Shown piece by piece: positions 1-12,916 of a stretch of DNA of 64,000 nt; the stretch's first letter is position 1; every line of letters begins with the position of its first letter. The notes under the pieces were generated by a model, which was not told where the DNA came from, did not search any database, and was given only the letters and a program-made list of their open reading frames with translations. A program made the translations under genes and the position numbers. This DNA is from Cenococcum geophilum (lineage: Eukaryota), in NCBI GenBank assembly GCA_050273025.1, contig CP158636.1:7998001-8062000 (forward strand), given 5' to 3'.

Positions 1-547
1 GGACAACGAAATGTCCCTTCAAGGATACGATGGCGCCTGAAGGTGAGCCTAGCGCCGCAGAAATGGACGGTGATGCGCAAGAACAACCAGGAGCTCTTGG
101 CCAAGGCGGGTCAAGTTATGTGCCTCCTCATCTGCGAAGAGGTGGTGCTGGAGCGGGCGAAAAAATGGGTGGCAAGTATGAGAGGGATGACTTGGCTACT
201 CTGCGGGTCACCAACGTATGTATTCTTGAGAAATTAGCGTAGATCGAGTGCTAACTTACGATAAAGGTCAGCGAATTTGCCGAAGAACAGGACCTCAGGG
301 ATATGTTCTCGCGATTTGGTCACGTTACAAGAGTCTTTTTGGCAAAAGACCGGGAGACTGGAAGAGCAAAGGGCTTTGCTTTTGTCAGCTACGCAGACCG
401 ATCAGATGCTGCGAAAGCTTGTGAGAAGATGGATGGCTGTAAGAAACTCAACCTTGATCCGGCTCGATGAGACACCTGCTGACAAATTTCCTAGATGGCT
501 TTGGTCACTTGATTCTGAGAGTCGAGTTCGCAAAGAAGTCTACTTAG
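1..547 (+). CDS. TIF35: Translation initiation factor eIF3 subunit g, 3' part (5' end outside window; introns ~216-266 and ~439-494)
   Basis: Spliced translation gives TTKCPFK...YVPPHLR...[54 protein letters not shown]...[19 protein letters not shown]. This contains an RRM with RNP1 KGFAFVSY. The introns are GT..AG with CTAAC/CTGAC branch sites. Confidence 0.93.
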
Positions 548-1105
548 ATGAAATGCTATGACGATAGAAAAGTGGGTGTCTTGGTTGGCGTTCCTATGGG
601 ATAATGTGAGGCGCACGCATTTGTTCGTCTAGAAAGTCATGTATAGTGAGAGCCTGCTTCATCAAATATCCTCATAATCAATGAAAATCCTCTGAGAGTT
701 AAAATAAATGTTTTGATTATGAAATCCCATAAACTTCGATGAGGTCAAAGCTATCAGATACTCGAGAGAATATGGTCTTTGCTAGAGCCATATTCTAAAG
801 CAAACAGTTGCTAGAGGAATATACGTTTTCTTAACCGTTCCTTGGTGATAGGCCTCACCGTATTTATGTTCTTTCAGGGGTCCCTTTAAAACGGTTGATG
901 CTTTGGTGACCATGATAGGCGGGATCTCTCGGCAGTGCACAGCCACCAACCTTAAGGGCTGAAGCATCAATGGCTGACGAACGCCCTCCACACCTTTTTC
1001 TAAAATACGGGTTCCCCTATGTTTCAACTTGGACTCAAGCAATATGCTTAACTGTCGGTGATCTCCATCCTCCCTTCTACACGACTAGTCAGAACCAGGC
1101 CCGAT

Positions 1106-3535
1106 ATGTCTACGCCGAATCACACGTCATCACGCGCCGAACAGAGCCCTTCGAACGGGAAACCAGTCGGCGGAGAACATGTCGAGCTTAACGAGATTCC
1201 TTCATCGAAGCCGAGTCTTCCGGTGGAGGAGGATATAATGCAGCTGGCAAGGTTAGGCGAAATTGGAGCAATACAGAAGCTGTTTGATAGCGGGAAGTTT
1301 GATGCCAACTACGCGGATGAACAGGGCATTACACCACTTCATGTACGCCCACGCAAGCACTTTAATGTCTGGGAATTTTCGAGGACGCTGCTAACATATC
1401 TATCGTACCTAGTGGGCTGCGATCAATAACCACTACGCCTTATGCCACTTTCTCATCCAGAAAGGCGCCAACATAAACGCCAAAGGCGGAGATGCGGTCG
1501 CTACTCCTGTGCTATGGGCCGCAAAGAGATGCCACTATTACGTGGTTAACCTACTCCTACAACATGGCGCCGACCCTCTGCTCACCGATGACCAAGGCTT
1601 TAACCTTCTTCACTCTGCTACCCTTGACGGGAATGTTTTTCAGTTAGTTCTACTCCTCCACCAGGACATACCCGTGGACATCCCAGATGCGCAATCACAT
1701 ACACCGTTGATGTGGGCGGCATACAAAGGATTTCCCTCATGTGTGGATCTGTTTTTACGGTGGGGCGCAAATGTCTACGCAAGAGACGACCAAGGGTTTA
1801 CAGCTTTACACTGGGCGCTGGTGAAAGGATCTCAAGGCTCAATGCAAAGGTTGATTGAATACGGCTCGGATAGATTTGCAAAGAACAATGACGGCAAAAC
1901 CCCTGCGGCAACAGCAAAAGAAATGAACAGCCTTCGACAATGGCACCGCGCTCTCTCAGAATGTGGCTACAATGCCGATGGGACTTCAAGGGACTTTCCC
2001 CTGTCTTTCATGGTTAAGGACACAAGGACGTTTCTCTCAAGAGTCATCTTTCTCTGGCCATTCATCATCATATTTTGCGGCCTATACATTCTCAGCCATA
2101 TGGTCGTATATGCTGCGATTCCCATAGCACTCGTTGTTGCGTACTCGCTGCAATGGGTTGCTCAAAAATTATTACGATGGGCGCCTCCTAATATGAAAAA
2201 CATACACCACACTGTTAGTGGAATATATCCTCCGTAAAATAATCGATAGAAATCCTAGCTAATTATTTTAAATAGCCGTTTTTAGCTGGAATATTTGCTG
2301 GCACGCTTTTCTGGGTTGGCGTTCGCTGGATCACCACAGTATTGCCATGTAAGATGTCGAAGGCGAGACTCTAAATGTGTTATACTGACAAGAAGTAGGG
2401 ACGTACATGTCGAACCCTTTCCTCAATCTATTCTTTGCGATCTTCTATGGATTAACAGCGTATTTCTACATTTTCACAATGGTTCGAGATCCTGGGTTCG
2501 TCCCTAAACTAGGTAGTCGAAGTCAGCAAAAGGCCGTGATCGATGAGCTTCTGGAGTTACGGCAATTCGACGAAAATCATTTTTGCGTAAATTGCATGGT
2601 TCGGAAACCACTTCGGAGTAGGCATTGTAAGAGATGTAATCGTTGTGTTTCGAAATCTGATCAGTATGTTCTCTTGTTTAATAACGGTTTTCGTATACTG
2701 ACTTTACCAGTCATTGCCCGTGGGTGAACAATTGTGTTGCAAACAATAACCATCGCCATTTTGTCCTGTATGTTTTGAGTTTGGAAGTCGGCATCCTATA
2801 CTTCGTACAGTTGGTACTTGCGTGTAAGTCTCGAAGGTCATTATTTCTAAATACGGTATTTAATGCTAATTTACAAAAGATCTCTCCATTGTACCAACAC
2901 CAAAAGAAGTGACATGCAATGTAATATCCGAAGACCTATGCAAGATTTTGCATAAAGACCCTTACACCATCCTTCTCACCGGCTGGGCAGCGTTCCAGCT
3001 GACCTGGGTAACCATGCTTCTTCTTGTCCAGCTGCTCCAAATTGCGAGGGCCTTGACCACGTTTGAGAGTATGAGGGGCCATCTCAACAGCCATACACCA
3101 GCAGAAGCGCTCACAACCTTCGTTACAACGGGCGCAACGTCACAGGAAACTGGCAGCGGACCGCTAAATGGCGCCGGTTCCGGCCAGGACACAGGTGATC
3201 AGCCCCGTCATACCCAGAAAAAACACTCGGTATGGGGACAATGGAAACGGCTTCTGGGACTCGACACGTTCTTCGCGACTGCTTTCCGGGGCTCCCAGGC
3301 AAACCGAGCACGTGATCGTGGCAACCCATTCTCGCAGGGTATCTTTACCAATTGCAAAGATTTTTGGTGCGATGGAACGCCGATTTTTGGAAGTAAGGAT
3401 CCTGGTATGGCTTTGCTAGGAGGACAAAGGGTGGATTATACAAAGATTTATGAACCACCTCCACGCATGATTATGCGAAGGGCAGAAGGCAGAGGGGGGA
3501 ATTACGAGGCAGTTGGTACAGATGACAGCGTTTGA
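1106..3535 (+). CDS. AKR1: Ankyrin-repeat DHHC palmitoyltransferase Akr1 (5 introns: ~1343-1412, 2214-2275, 2348-2398, 2664-2710, 2823-2879)
   Basis: N-terminal ankyrin repeats ([35 protein letters not shown]) and TM segments. The Cys-rich domain [37 protein letters not shown] has DHHC split by an intron. TTFE and NPFSQG motifs follow. Confidence 0.95.
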
Positions 3536-3649
3536 CGATACCATTGTAATTATGCAGTATTTTCTAGAGGAAATGGAAGCGAGCTTACGGATAATTGTAC
3601 TTATTGTACATGAACTCAAGTATGAACCCGGTGGTTTTGCAATACTGCG

Positions 3650-4420
3650 GTGCATAATCCAGGTGTCCAGCTACCTCACCTCCCTTCTATATCCCATACC
3701 GTAGAGATATGCAGGGATAACGGACGGCCAACACAACTGCTATTACTTGCCATGAAACCACGGTCCTCCTATTCCAAAAACCGGACGGTGGATTTCATAA
3801 AGAATACGAAGGCTGGAATCCCAAGCCAACTACAACACTACCCTTTTAAAGTTTATGATTCAGTGCCCGATCACGTGCCCAACCCCCGGCCAACAGTATT
3901 CTTCCATGACTCTTATGAAGCCTTCGATCAATATCCCCAGGGAGTTGCAGACATTGTTGGGGCTGAATCGACTCTTCGGTGGAGCCGTCTTATTTGACCG
4001 TGGGGAGGGTGACGCAGATGTATGTTTACTTCTCGGCATACACCAAGGCTCATTAGCCTTGTATTCCATGGTTCTTCTTAGCTTGGCTATCGACGAAAAA
4101 CCAACCTACTCGTAGTTTTCCTTCATCCATTTGGGGCGCGCTGACTCATACTCCAGCTTCCAGGAACCCGGATCCAGCAATTCGCTGACTTTGCTAATGC
4201 CTCGCCTTTGGATATGGAGTCCTCTCCTTTACCCTTCAAAGCCTAGAAGCTCGCCCGTCGCATCGACCTGCGGGACGCCATGACGGCACTTCATATTTTC
4301 TGCAACCGCTAGAAGCGTAAGTTGCCTGAAAGTCGAATATATATCTGTGTGCCTGCGGACGATTACCCAGAAATTGAGGATGTAATGGAGCCAATCAAGG
4401 ATCGTCATATCTAAGAGCAC
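3650..4420 (-). pseudogene. Possible decayed gene of unknown function
   Basis: ORFs 4229-4420, 3860-4069 and 3416-3655 are all in the same minus-strand frame, separated only by scattered stops. No family recognised. Confidence 0.2.
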
Positions 4421-5102
4421 TAAATAGGAAGATGGGGGAGTGAAGTGGAAGGAAATTTTAAGGTTTCAAGTCTTTCCCATGATACGCAGGGAGACAGAAT
4501 AAGAAAATACAAGCTCCGCAGTGACAGAGTGAGTCCTTGATAATAGACCCTGTTTTTGCTGGAGCGGATGGGTCAGGCTTAAGGAGTGGTCTGGACTTAA
4601 CTCAAAAATGCAGTCCTATCCGTACCATGGCTTTGTTGGACGGTGGACTTGAATTTAAGAAAAATAAAGATAAAAATAAAAATACATGATTGGACGGTAG
4701 ATTTCGCGCTGTTGTATGATTGGTCAAGGAAAATATGGTCTCAGGATCGAGTCTGAGACTACCAAGTTGTAAAACTAGAGAATCATTTAAGAATGAATGA
4801 AATATTGAAGCAGGTGTATCAGTTGTACCAGCACACGTTGACATTATTCTTGACGCTTGGAATCGTTGGTGTCGAATGCGGAATTTCAAAGCGCTTGGTG
4901 ACGCAAGCTAAACTTGAAAAAGTCATGCCGACAACATGGCCGAGGCCAACGTGACCAAGCCGTGCTAGAATGGCCGCCTGTGTTTATTCCTTTTTTGCGG
5001 TTTCCACTGTTGGATACAGAAAAACCATAGACATGATACAACACTAGACTGTCCTTGAGCGTTCGCGGTGTGGTCTTCCTACGCTCTCTTGACTATCTCG
5101 TC

Positions 5103-7070
5103 ATGAACCCCATTGAGGCCTTTCAGGCCTTCCGCTACCTTGCTCGAGCATCGCATCGCTCTCGCCGAAGATTCGATGGCAAAAGGACGTTATGCTTGGA
5201 TTGCTTGAGGATAATGCGCCTTCGGACTCGTCTTTGGGCTGAGGCAGCGCGCCGAAGGGAGAGTTTGCCACGAATAAAATCTATGAGTAGGGTGAGAGGA
5301 CCAGCAGGAACCTACAGAGGACTAGCGACAGTACAACCTGGTATATGACTACTAAAAATGGTGTAAAACTAGAGCTTTCACTAACATGCAAACGCAGAAG
5401 GGTCCCAGAAAGAGGGCCCTCTGGCGGAGTACGATGCACGTGTCGAATCTGGAAGACTTCGAGATGACGAGCACCAGCGAGGTATAATGAGCGTCCCAAA
5501 GTATCTTGTGTACTTCAGAACTTCATCTAACATGTCTGTATAGGCATTATACATAACCTTGAAGACCTCCACGATATGCTCTCTCACTACCAGCAACCCA
5601 AGGTAGTCCAACCCACCACTGAGTCTCTCCAACCACCCAAAAAATCTCTTTTCTCCTCCCTATTCAGCCAAAAATCTCAACGAAGAGCACTCCCACAAAT
5701 ACCTGCGAATCTCCCGAAAGGCTTGTACATGTATGGGGATGTGGGCAGCGGCAAAACCATGCTGATGGACCTATTTTTCGATACTCTTCCCTCAAATATC
5801 ACAGCGAAGACACGGATACATTTTCATAACTTCATGCAAGATGTGCATAAAGACCTACATAAAATGAAGATGGCACACGGGAACGATATAGATGCGATTC
5901 CCTTTGTGGCAGCAGGGATCGCGGAGAAGAGCACAGTGCTATGTTTCGATGAATTTCAGTGTACAGATGTAGCAGATGCGATGATACTGCGGCGGTATGT
6001 GTCAATGCGTTGGACTTGAAATAGCTTCCGAATGCGGGAGGAGAAAAAGAGTGCGAAGAGCTAAATCCTAGCCAGACTCATCGAATCGCTCATGTCCCAC
6101 GGAGTAGTACTTGTCACGACCTCGAACAGACACCCGGACGAGTTGTACAAAAACGGCATCCAGCGCGAATCGTTCATCCCGGCTATCACTATGCTTAAAG
6201 ACCGCCTCCGCGTCATAAACCTTGACTCCCACACAGATTACCGCCGAATCCCACGACCGCCGTCCGGTGTGTACCACCATCCGCTCGACAAAGCTGCCGA
6301 TACGCACGCCGAGCGTTGGTTTCGCTTTCTCGGAGACTTCGAACACGATCCGCCGCACCGGGCCACGCATTCTGTCTGGGGGAGAGACATCAACGTGCCG
6401 AGAGCGAGCGGGAAAGCTGCTATGTTCACTTTTGACGAAATCATTAGACGAGCTGCAGGCGCGGCAGATTACTTGGAGTTGATGCGGAATTACGAAGCGT
6501 TTATTATTACTAGTGTGCCGGGAATGTCACATAAAACGCGGGATCTTGCTCGGAGATTTATCACGCTTATTGACGCCATTTATGAGAGTCGGGTATGTAT
6601 GATTTCTCACGGGCGTTATAATGTATATTTGAACCAAAGAACCCGGGTTCAAGACGAAGAGAGGAAATGTGGGAGAAGAGCATTGGCGTTAACATTCCCA
6701 GGCCAAACTCGTCATGACAACCGCCGTCCCTCTAACAGGGCTCTTTCTCTCACATGATGAGCTCGACGAAGCAATACACGCTGGCCAGTTCAAAGGCGAG
6801 CTCCCTCAGGCCAACACGCACCACGATGTCTCAGACGTGATGCGCAACCTCATGGACGACCTCGGCATGAACATGTCGATGTTGAAGAACTCGTCCTTGT
6901 TCTCTGGTGACGAGGAGCGCTTTGCATTTGCGAGAGCACTGAGCCGGTTGAGCGAGATGGGTAGTCAGGAGTGGATAGAGCGCGGCATGGGGTTAGAAAA
7001 TAAGGGTGGGAAGAAGGAGATGGAGAGTTGGCAACGGGTGAGGAGTCGATGGAGGGAGGATGCATTGTAG
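5103..7070 (+). CDS. AFG1: AFG1/ZapE-family mitochondrial ATPase (introns ~5341-5397, 5482-5543, 5995-6075, 6593-6701)
   Basis: Walker A PKGLYMYGDVGSGKT, RIHFHNFM, Walker B LCFDEFQCTDVADAMIL, TSNRHPDELYKNGIQR, ARRFITLIDAIYE, and EERFAFARALSRLSEM. The Arg-rich N-terminus resembles a mitochondrial presequence. The start codon choice is inferred. Confidence 0.93.
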
Positions 7071-9541
7071 AAGGGGAAGAGTTTGGTATAAGTACTTGGT
7101 ATGAATATGCTGTTATCTTCACTAGAGCGATACCTCGTAGAGCGGAGGGCATTGCATTACATTACGTTAGATTGACTAGGACACAGGATTTAGACAGCGA
7201 TTATAAACAATGTTTCTATAATCTGATGGAGTGCTCAGTCTTCACCGCTTCTTATTGTCGACTAGAGCCACGGAACTTGAAAGCTCTTGATCTTTTTGCT
7301 TCCTCGTCTGTAAAGTGATTGAGACCGGCGCTTAATTGTATCTCACTGAGCAGTCCGAAGGAAATCTTGACAATTTCCCTCTAGTCCTGGTTGGAAGATT
7401 TCTCTAGTCTTGGTTCGCTTTGGAGCAACTTCATTGGGTCCCAGCACGAAAGGCGAGCCGTGAAATTACGGACAAGAGGGTTTACCCCAATCCTCAGTAG
7501 TCGAGATAGCAATTCGTCTTTAAGGCGTAATAACGCTTAACATTCCTTACGTCTAAAGATAGCGACTAAAAGCACCCAATCAGGATTCTCACCTCTACCT
7601 TAAAGCGATGCTCGTTATTATTTACTTTTCATGCTGTTTATCTTCCTGAAGCTAGGTTATGTATTATAATAAGCATTTTTACCCTCCTGGAACCTCTCCG
7701 ATGGCCGTCACATTCATAGCAACATTGCTTCCACGGGGGACTTCATTCATTATCCGAGCCTCCATCTGAAATAACTCCGAGAAAGGGTTATGTGTACTTA
7801 GCAATCTTTTTAGGTGACTTCTTTGAAGGTTTCAAGAAGAGAACTGAGGGGAGAGCGATGATATATACTTCGGAATATCCGTTTCCCGGATTGGTTGCCT
7901 GCCTCGGGCAGATGAATGGCATGACATTTAGCTACTTATTGGCGGTAGAGTCTCACAAAGAGCCGGGGTGAGTAAAGCAGTTAGAGACGGGGAGTAAGTA
8001 ACGTTTTATAGTAGGTAAGAGAGTGCTTGTTAACTTAAATAACTTTGAACGGGCACGCACTTACTAGAATAGGTAGACTATCAAACCAGAAGAATTATAA
8101 CGTGGTTCTCTAGGCCATATTTATATATCCGCGACATCAAATTACTACAATCTGCAGCAACTTTTAGAACCTAGGGACCAGATTTTAATATACAAACTCA
8201 TCACCCTAGCTTTTTCGACCTTCTCTACGACCTTATTAAGCTTAATGTTAAGCAGGCTACTGCCAGGATCAAGAATGAGGATGGCGTTCCCTCGACACCG
8301 ACGCCTAAGAAATCGAATCTGTCAACGCCGTCCCCTTGGCCCTTATGCGGACTAGTTGGCCTCTTAAACCTTTCTCTTGACACTCCGCTGCTCGATTAGG
8401 TACTAACATTGCTAGAAGTAAAAGATAAATATATATAGCAAAATTAAATAACGAAAGTCTCCGGGAGATAAAGGTGCTGCACACTGTCATCGCCAAATAA
8501 TAATCTATAGCAATATTTAGCAGCACTGGTGATGTGAATCTCTAATCCTTGCCATAGGAGTACTTTGCGTTGGAGTGTTGTCGCTGTGCGCTTGCTGTTT
8601 CGGTTGATCGCCCCTTTGGGAAGCTTAAGCGAGAAGCACAGGAGAGTATACCTTGGGATACACCTCCGAAACACAGCACGCTCCCTATCTCCTTACCCAG
8701 CTCAGCTCATTCCCAGGGCGTTCGCCCCAAGACTCCACTCTAATCGGCGCCAGCAGACATTCTTTATCGTCATTTCCTCACCGATAGCGGAGGGAGTAGC
8801 ACACAGTTGCCCGAGTTAGAACAGCCGTCTAGTCATCGTTGGCCTCCGAATTCTCGGCATCGCAACTGCCTCATTAATAATCTGCCTCACCTAGAAGCGC
8901 ATCTGCGCCTGATAGTATGCCGTAAAAGACCAGCGACATGAGAATCGGAGCTACGCATTCCGCTCCAATGGTTGGTATTGAGCTTGATGCATGTATATAC
9001 ACCTGTTACCTCTTCCACTACCAAGTTCTGTGTATGTAGAAGAGGGATCTGGGGAGACCTGGTATAGTCAGCTGGAGGTTTATCTAAAAGTTTCTGGGCT
9101 CCGGGAAGATCTTGCTACGTCTCTGCTAGTTTACTTTATCATTGTGTTGGCTGTGTGAAGGCCATCCGGGCCAGTGAATGCGGAGTGTCGAATACAGGGC
9201 ATCTGCAGCAACGCCACTTCATCAATCATCACCGCCATTCAAAAACAGCTACCACAGGGAAGTTGCAAAACTGCTCTATTCCACGAGTATCACCGTGATC
9301 TATAAGTTCAGTATCCGCTTGTCATAACCGTAGTGCTCGTTCAAGAGCTCGGTGAAAGAAAAGGACAGACATGGGAGTTGGGGGTGTAGGTGAAAATAAA
9401 ATGACTTAAAAGCGTCAATTCGTCAAAACAAGTTTCTTTTATGGTGACAAGATATCAGAAGGTTAATCTGTAAGAAAGAAATCCCCAAGCATCCCTGTCA
9501 CTAGCGGAAAACAAAGCCCGCTCTACTGCCTGTAAGTGAGC

Positions 9542-10726
9542 TTATAGAGATGAGCTCTTCTGCACCTTCGCAACGATCTGCTCCACGCGGTCGTACAACG
9601 GGTGGGAAGTCTCAAGGCCCGTGATCTTGCTCGTGGCCTCCTTAGAACTATGGTCCTTAAGGATCTTCGCGAGCTCGAAGCTCTCGTCGTCACCCTCGAC
9701 GTTCTGGAAGCGCAGCGCCATCTCGACGGCACCGAGCAGCGAGTCGCACGAGTCGCCCATCTCGACGAGGTGCGCCGCGGGGCCGATGAAGCGCTCGTTG
9801 CGCGACAGTTTGCGTAGTGGCGCACGGCCCACACGCTCCACTTTGTCTTCCAGCGCCGGGTTGGAGATACGCGAAATGATCTTCTCTACGTAGTCGTTTT
9901 GCTCTTGCGTCGAGATGCCGTGCTTTTTCACGATTAGGTGCGCCGTCTCCCGCACGCAGTTGCGCACAATGTCGTGGATCTCCTTGTCCATCATGGCTTC
10001 GTGGATGAGGGCTTTGCCGCGGTTGTAGCCGTAGTAGGCTGCCGTTGCGTGTGAGGTATTGACCGTGAAGAGCTTGCGCTCAATGTACGGCTGTAGGTCG
10101 TCGACGAAGTGCACACCTTCAATCTGGGGCTGCTTGGCGCCTTTGAACGGCGGCTGCTCAACGCACCATTCGAAGAACTTCTCGATCTTGACGTTCAGCC
10201 CTGCATCTGGGTCCTGGTGCGGCACGATACGGTCAATGGCGGAGTTAGCGAAGCGGGCTTTTGTGTCGAGCGTGTCCAGGATCGACTTGTCCAACTTCGT
10301 CTCAATGTACGACGTGATGAAGCCTTTCCATGTAGTTGTAGCGTTGATGGCGTTCTCGCAAGCAATGACGGCGATAGGATAGTCCAGCTTGCGGGCTTTA
10401 ATTGCCTTGGCCACTGGCTCTGCGATGAACTTGAGGATGTTGGGTCCAACAGCACAGGTCACCACATCAGCAGTCGCAATCTCGTCAATGACCTTTGGGA
10501 GCTCGTATTTGCTGTTGATAGCACGATAGTGGTCGATGTTGAACGTCCGCTCGCCATCCTCGCCAATCTCCGTCACGGTATAGTGGGGCGTCTGCTGCAG
10601 AGCCTCGATGACCTTATCCATGACATCAATGAAGACGACCTCATAGCCCGAGTTGTGCAGAAACTCGGCCACAAAGCCACGGCCAATGTTGCCGCCTCCA
10701 AAGTGTACTGCCTTCTTATCATACAT
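9542..10726 (-). CDS. MPD1: Mannitol-1-phosphate 5-dehydrogenase (intronless, 394 aa)
   Basis: [14 protein letters not shown]ossmann motif, [34 protein letters not shown] and [16 protein letters not shown] are MtlD/Mpd1 family signatures. Confidence 0.96.
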   Translation of the reverse strand: MYDKKAVHFGGGNIGRGFVAEFLHNSGYEVVFIDVMDKVIEALQQTPHYTVTEIGEDGERTFNIDHYRAINSKYELPKVIDEIATADVVTCAVGPNILKFIAEPVAKAIKARKLDYPIAVIACENAINATTTWKGFITSYIETKLDKSILDTLDTKARFANSAIDRIVPHQDPDAGLNVKIEKFFEWCVEQPPFKGAKQPQIEGVHFVDDLQPYIERKLFTVNTSHATAAYYGYNRGKALIHEAMMDKEIHDIVRNCVRETAHLIVKKHGISTQEQNDYVEKIISRISNPALEDKVERVGRAPLRKLSRNERFIGPAAHLVEMGDSCDSLLGAVEMALRFQNVEGDDESFELAKILKDHSSKEATSKITGLETSHPLYDRVEQIVAKVQKSSSL

Positions 10727-11352
10727 ATTGTGTGTTTTGGATGAGGAATTGGAAGGTCTGGTAGGGTTCGAAGCGGTGAGAAAAGTCCAACAGATGGACT
10801 AGAGACGTTGCGTGGGATTGGAGGAGAAGTTGGTGCTGAGCTGTTCTAGAGGATTGAGCAAGCTGTCAGCGAGTAGAAATATATAGGGGAAAGAGGTTCT
10901 GAAAAAAATATTTGAACTCTCACCTGCCACAATGCGGTGTGATTCAAAGTTAGCTGCGTGAGAAGTGCAGTCGACGATTCTGGATTCAAATCAAGAATGG
11001 GGGGCACAAGGCGTGGGGATTCAGTGGGCTCTGAGTTGGTCAGTTCCCCGCGGTGCGGTGATGATGCAGGCAGTCAGGTTTCAATTGGACAGAGGCAGCG
11101 CCACGATAAAAGCACAGCAGTAGTACTACAAAAGTAAGACCACAGGTCCCTAATGGAGATGGCCCGCAAAAACAGTCGTCGTGGAGTTACGGCCCGTAAG
11201 CTTCCTACGTATTTGTTTCCACGGGGAACTTGTGCCCCACCAAAATCGTTAATACCGCAGGCGTCACAGGGCGTTGCTGCCCAGCACAGACTGCGCTCGG
11301 GGCATTACCAGCTGTGTGATGATAATATTTTGCTAGGCCTTGTGTCACAATA

Positions 11353-11437
11353 TGTTGACCAGAATTTGAGGCTATATATTGTCCTAATCGGCACTGCCAA
11401 TAGGACCGGTCTTTTTGGTGCCAGTTGGCGGTCAACA
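11353..11437. mobile_element. 85-bp solo-LTR-like element
   Basis: TGTTGACC...GGTCAACA termini (8-bp inverted) with 5-bp TSD CAATA (11348-11352, 11438-11442). Homologous to 11861-11934. Confidence 0.75.
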
Positions 11438-11860
11438 CAATAAGACTCGCTAGGCATGCTATTTTAGGCTCCCTGCTTTCAACAGTTTCCTTTGAAGCCA
11501 TTTCCACAGCACATGTCAACACACTGTCACTGAACGCTAATTGACCATGGGGGTACGACGCCATTGATCACGACGAGGTATTGTTAATAGCTCCCGCGTT
11601 TTAGTCTACGCCACCTTTCGGCCCTACCATGTGACGAACCACTCTACTGTCTAGGATCTGGGGTTCGCAGTTGCCCCTCCCAGCCATTCGCGCGGTAAAG
11701 ATTCCGGTACCTACGTTCCATCTATGCACTTACGATTCAATGCGCGAATTCGCATTGAAAGACACAGGCAGCCCAGCTCGATGAAAAGGTTTTTCATCCG
11801 AACGAAGCCACATAACCTCGGTTAACGCGACATCCTTTCTACGCATGGATAGACTGCTGC

Positions 11861-11934
11861 TGTCAACCGATAAAATACGTCCTATTTGGCTTCGCCAAAA
11901 GGACCGGTCTTTTTGGGCCAATTGGGCGTCGACA
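11861..11934. mobile_element. 74-bp solo-LTR-like element inserted in the last codons of PNS1
   Basis: TGTCAAC...GTCGACA termini with flanks GCTGC/GCCGC (5-bp TSD, one mismatch). Removing it restores HVQQSIHA*. Confidence 0.75.
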
Positions 11935-12771
11935 GCCGCACATGCGGATACACTGCTACCATTCGCCCGTAAAGGTCCGGGTGGTCTCTCATAAGCTCTT
12001 CCGGATCCCATGCTGATGCCACGAATATGGTATCTATGCCGGAATCGATCGGAGTTGTAAAGATGTTGCAGATCTGAAGGCCAATCAAGAACGCAAAAGC
12101 CACAACAACTAGCGTGTAGGTGTCACTGCTGTTGTAAGCGGGCGACGTGAAGATGAGATAAAGGTATGCCAAGAGAGCGCAGACATATGCGATGAATGTA
12201 GCACCCATTGTAAGTACAGGCCCGATAAGGCATTCGTTTACAAGCGCATCAATGCCACGATTCTTGATCATCCTGTTTTGGTTATTAGCATTCATTATAT
12301 CAAAAGTCAAGGGTGATATTAAACGCATGGCCCAGCATCACGTGAAGCCACTAGGCCTTCTATGTCGAACTAGCCAATAAAGAACTCCGGGCTCAGACAA
12401 GTGTTAGCAAAGTTCAGGGGAAAAAGAATAGAGAAAAAGTGAACATCTATGTATCCTTCGCAGCGGCAATATACGGTTTCCCATACAACGCAATATAAGA
12501 GAACGCATATCGGTTAAGAAACTACACGGCCCAATCTAAAATACTAATTAGACAGCCCAAAATGCAGAACAGAATTACCCCGATCATGTTTCCTTACGAC
12601 GCCTCCTATTATTAAGCAACTGAGCAGAACTGACGCAGCATGTTAATTAGGGCCACTAACAAGCTGCCAAAGCTAATGCTCCTAAAACTATACCCCGTAT
12701 AGCGCTACGGGGGAAGTTACGAGAGCAGAAGTACCATAACCCGTATACGCCGAAGATAGTAGTATAGATTG

Positions 12772-12916
12772 TGTTGGTAGGAGGGGGTACGTGGACATTC
12801 ACAGGAGCTTTCTGCGATCGTGTAATAGCTTCGCTTGTTGTATATATTCTTGTTCTTCATGACGACTCCACCTTATGGAGTCCTCACACATCATACACTT
12901 GCGTCTCCGTGTGACA
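12772..12916. mobile_element. 145-bp solo LTR inserted in PNS1
   Basis: TGT...ACA termini with perfect 5-bp TSD GATTG (12767-12771, 12917-12921). Removal restores WLKNTI(H)TTI. Confidence 0.85.

Noticed and set aside
7200..7860. Possible small multi-exon gene on the minus strand
   Set aside because: Several GT..AG-like segments are present, but I could not assemble a consistent spliced ORF or recognise a product.
8040..8920. Coding-like, mildly TA-enriched stretch
   Set aside because: Fragmentary frames with no recognisable family, termini or TSD. It may be an old relic but cannot be supported.
9542..10726. MPD1 as a recent horizontal transfer from bacteria (intronless, GC-rich)
   Set aside because: The protein looks like ordinary ascomycete Mpd1 and high expression explains the codon bias. 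Only a phylogeny could support transfer.
9523..10744. Overlapping ORFs on MPD1, including the 211-aa antisense ORF 10109-10744
   Set aside because: These are shadow ORFs expected from strong GC3 codon bias; they contain no motifs.
11882..12328. 148-aa ORF as an intact gene
   Set aside because: It starts inside the PNS1 intron and ends inside an inserted element; it is the last exon of the pseudogene.
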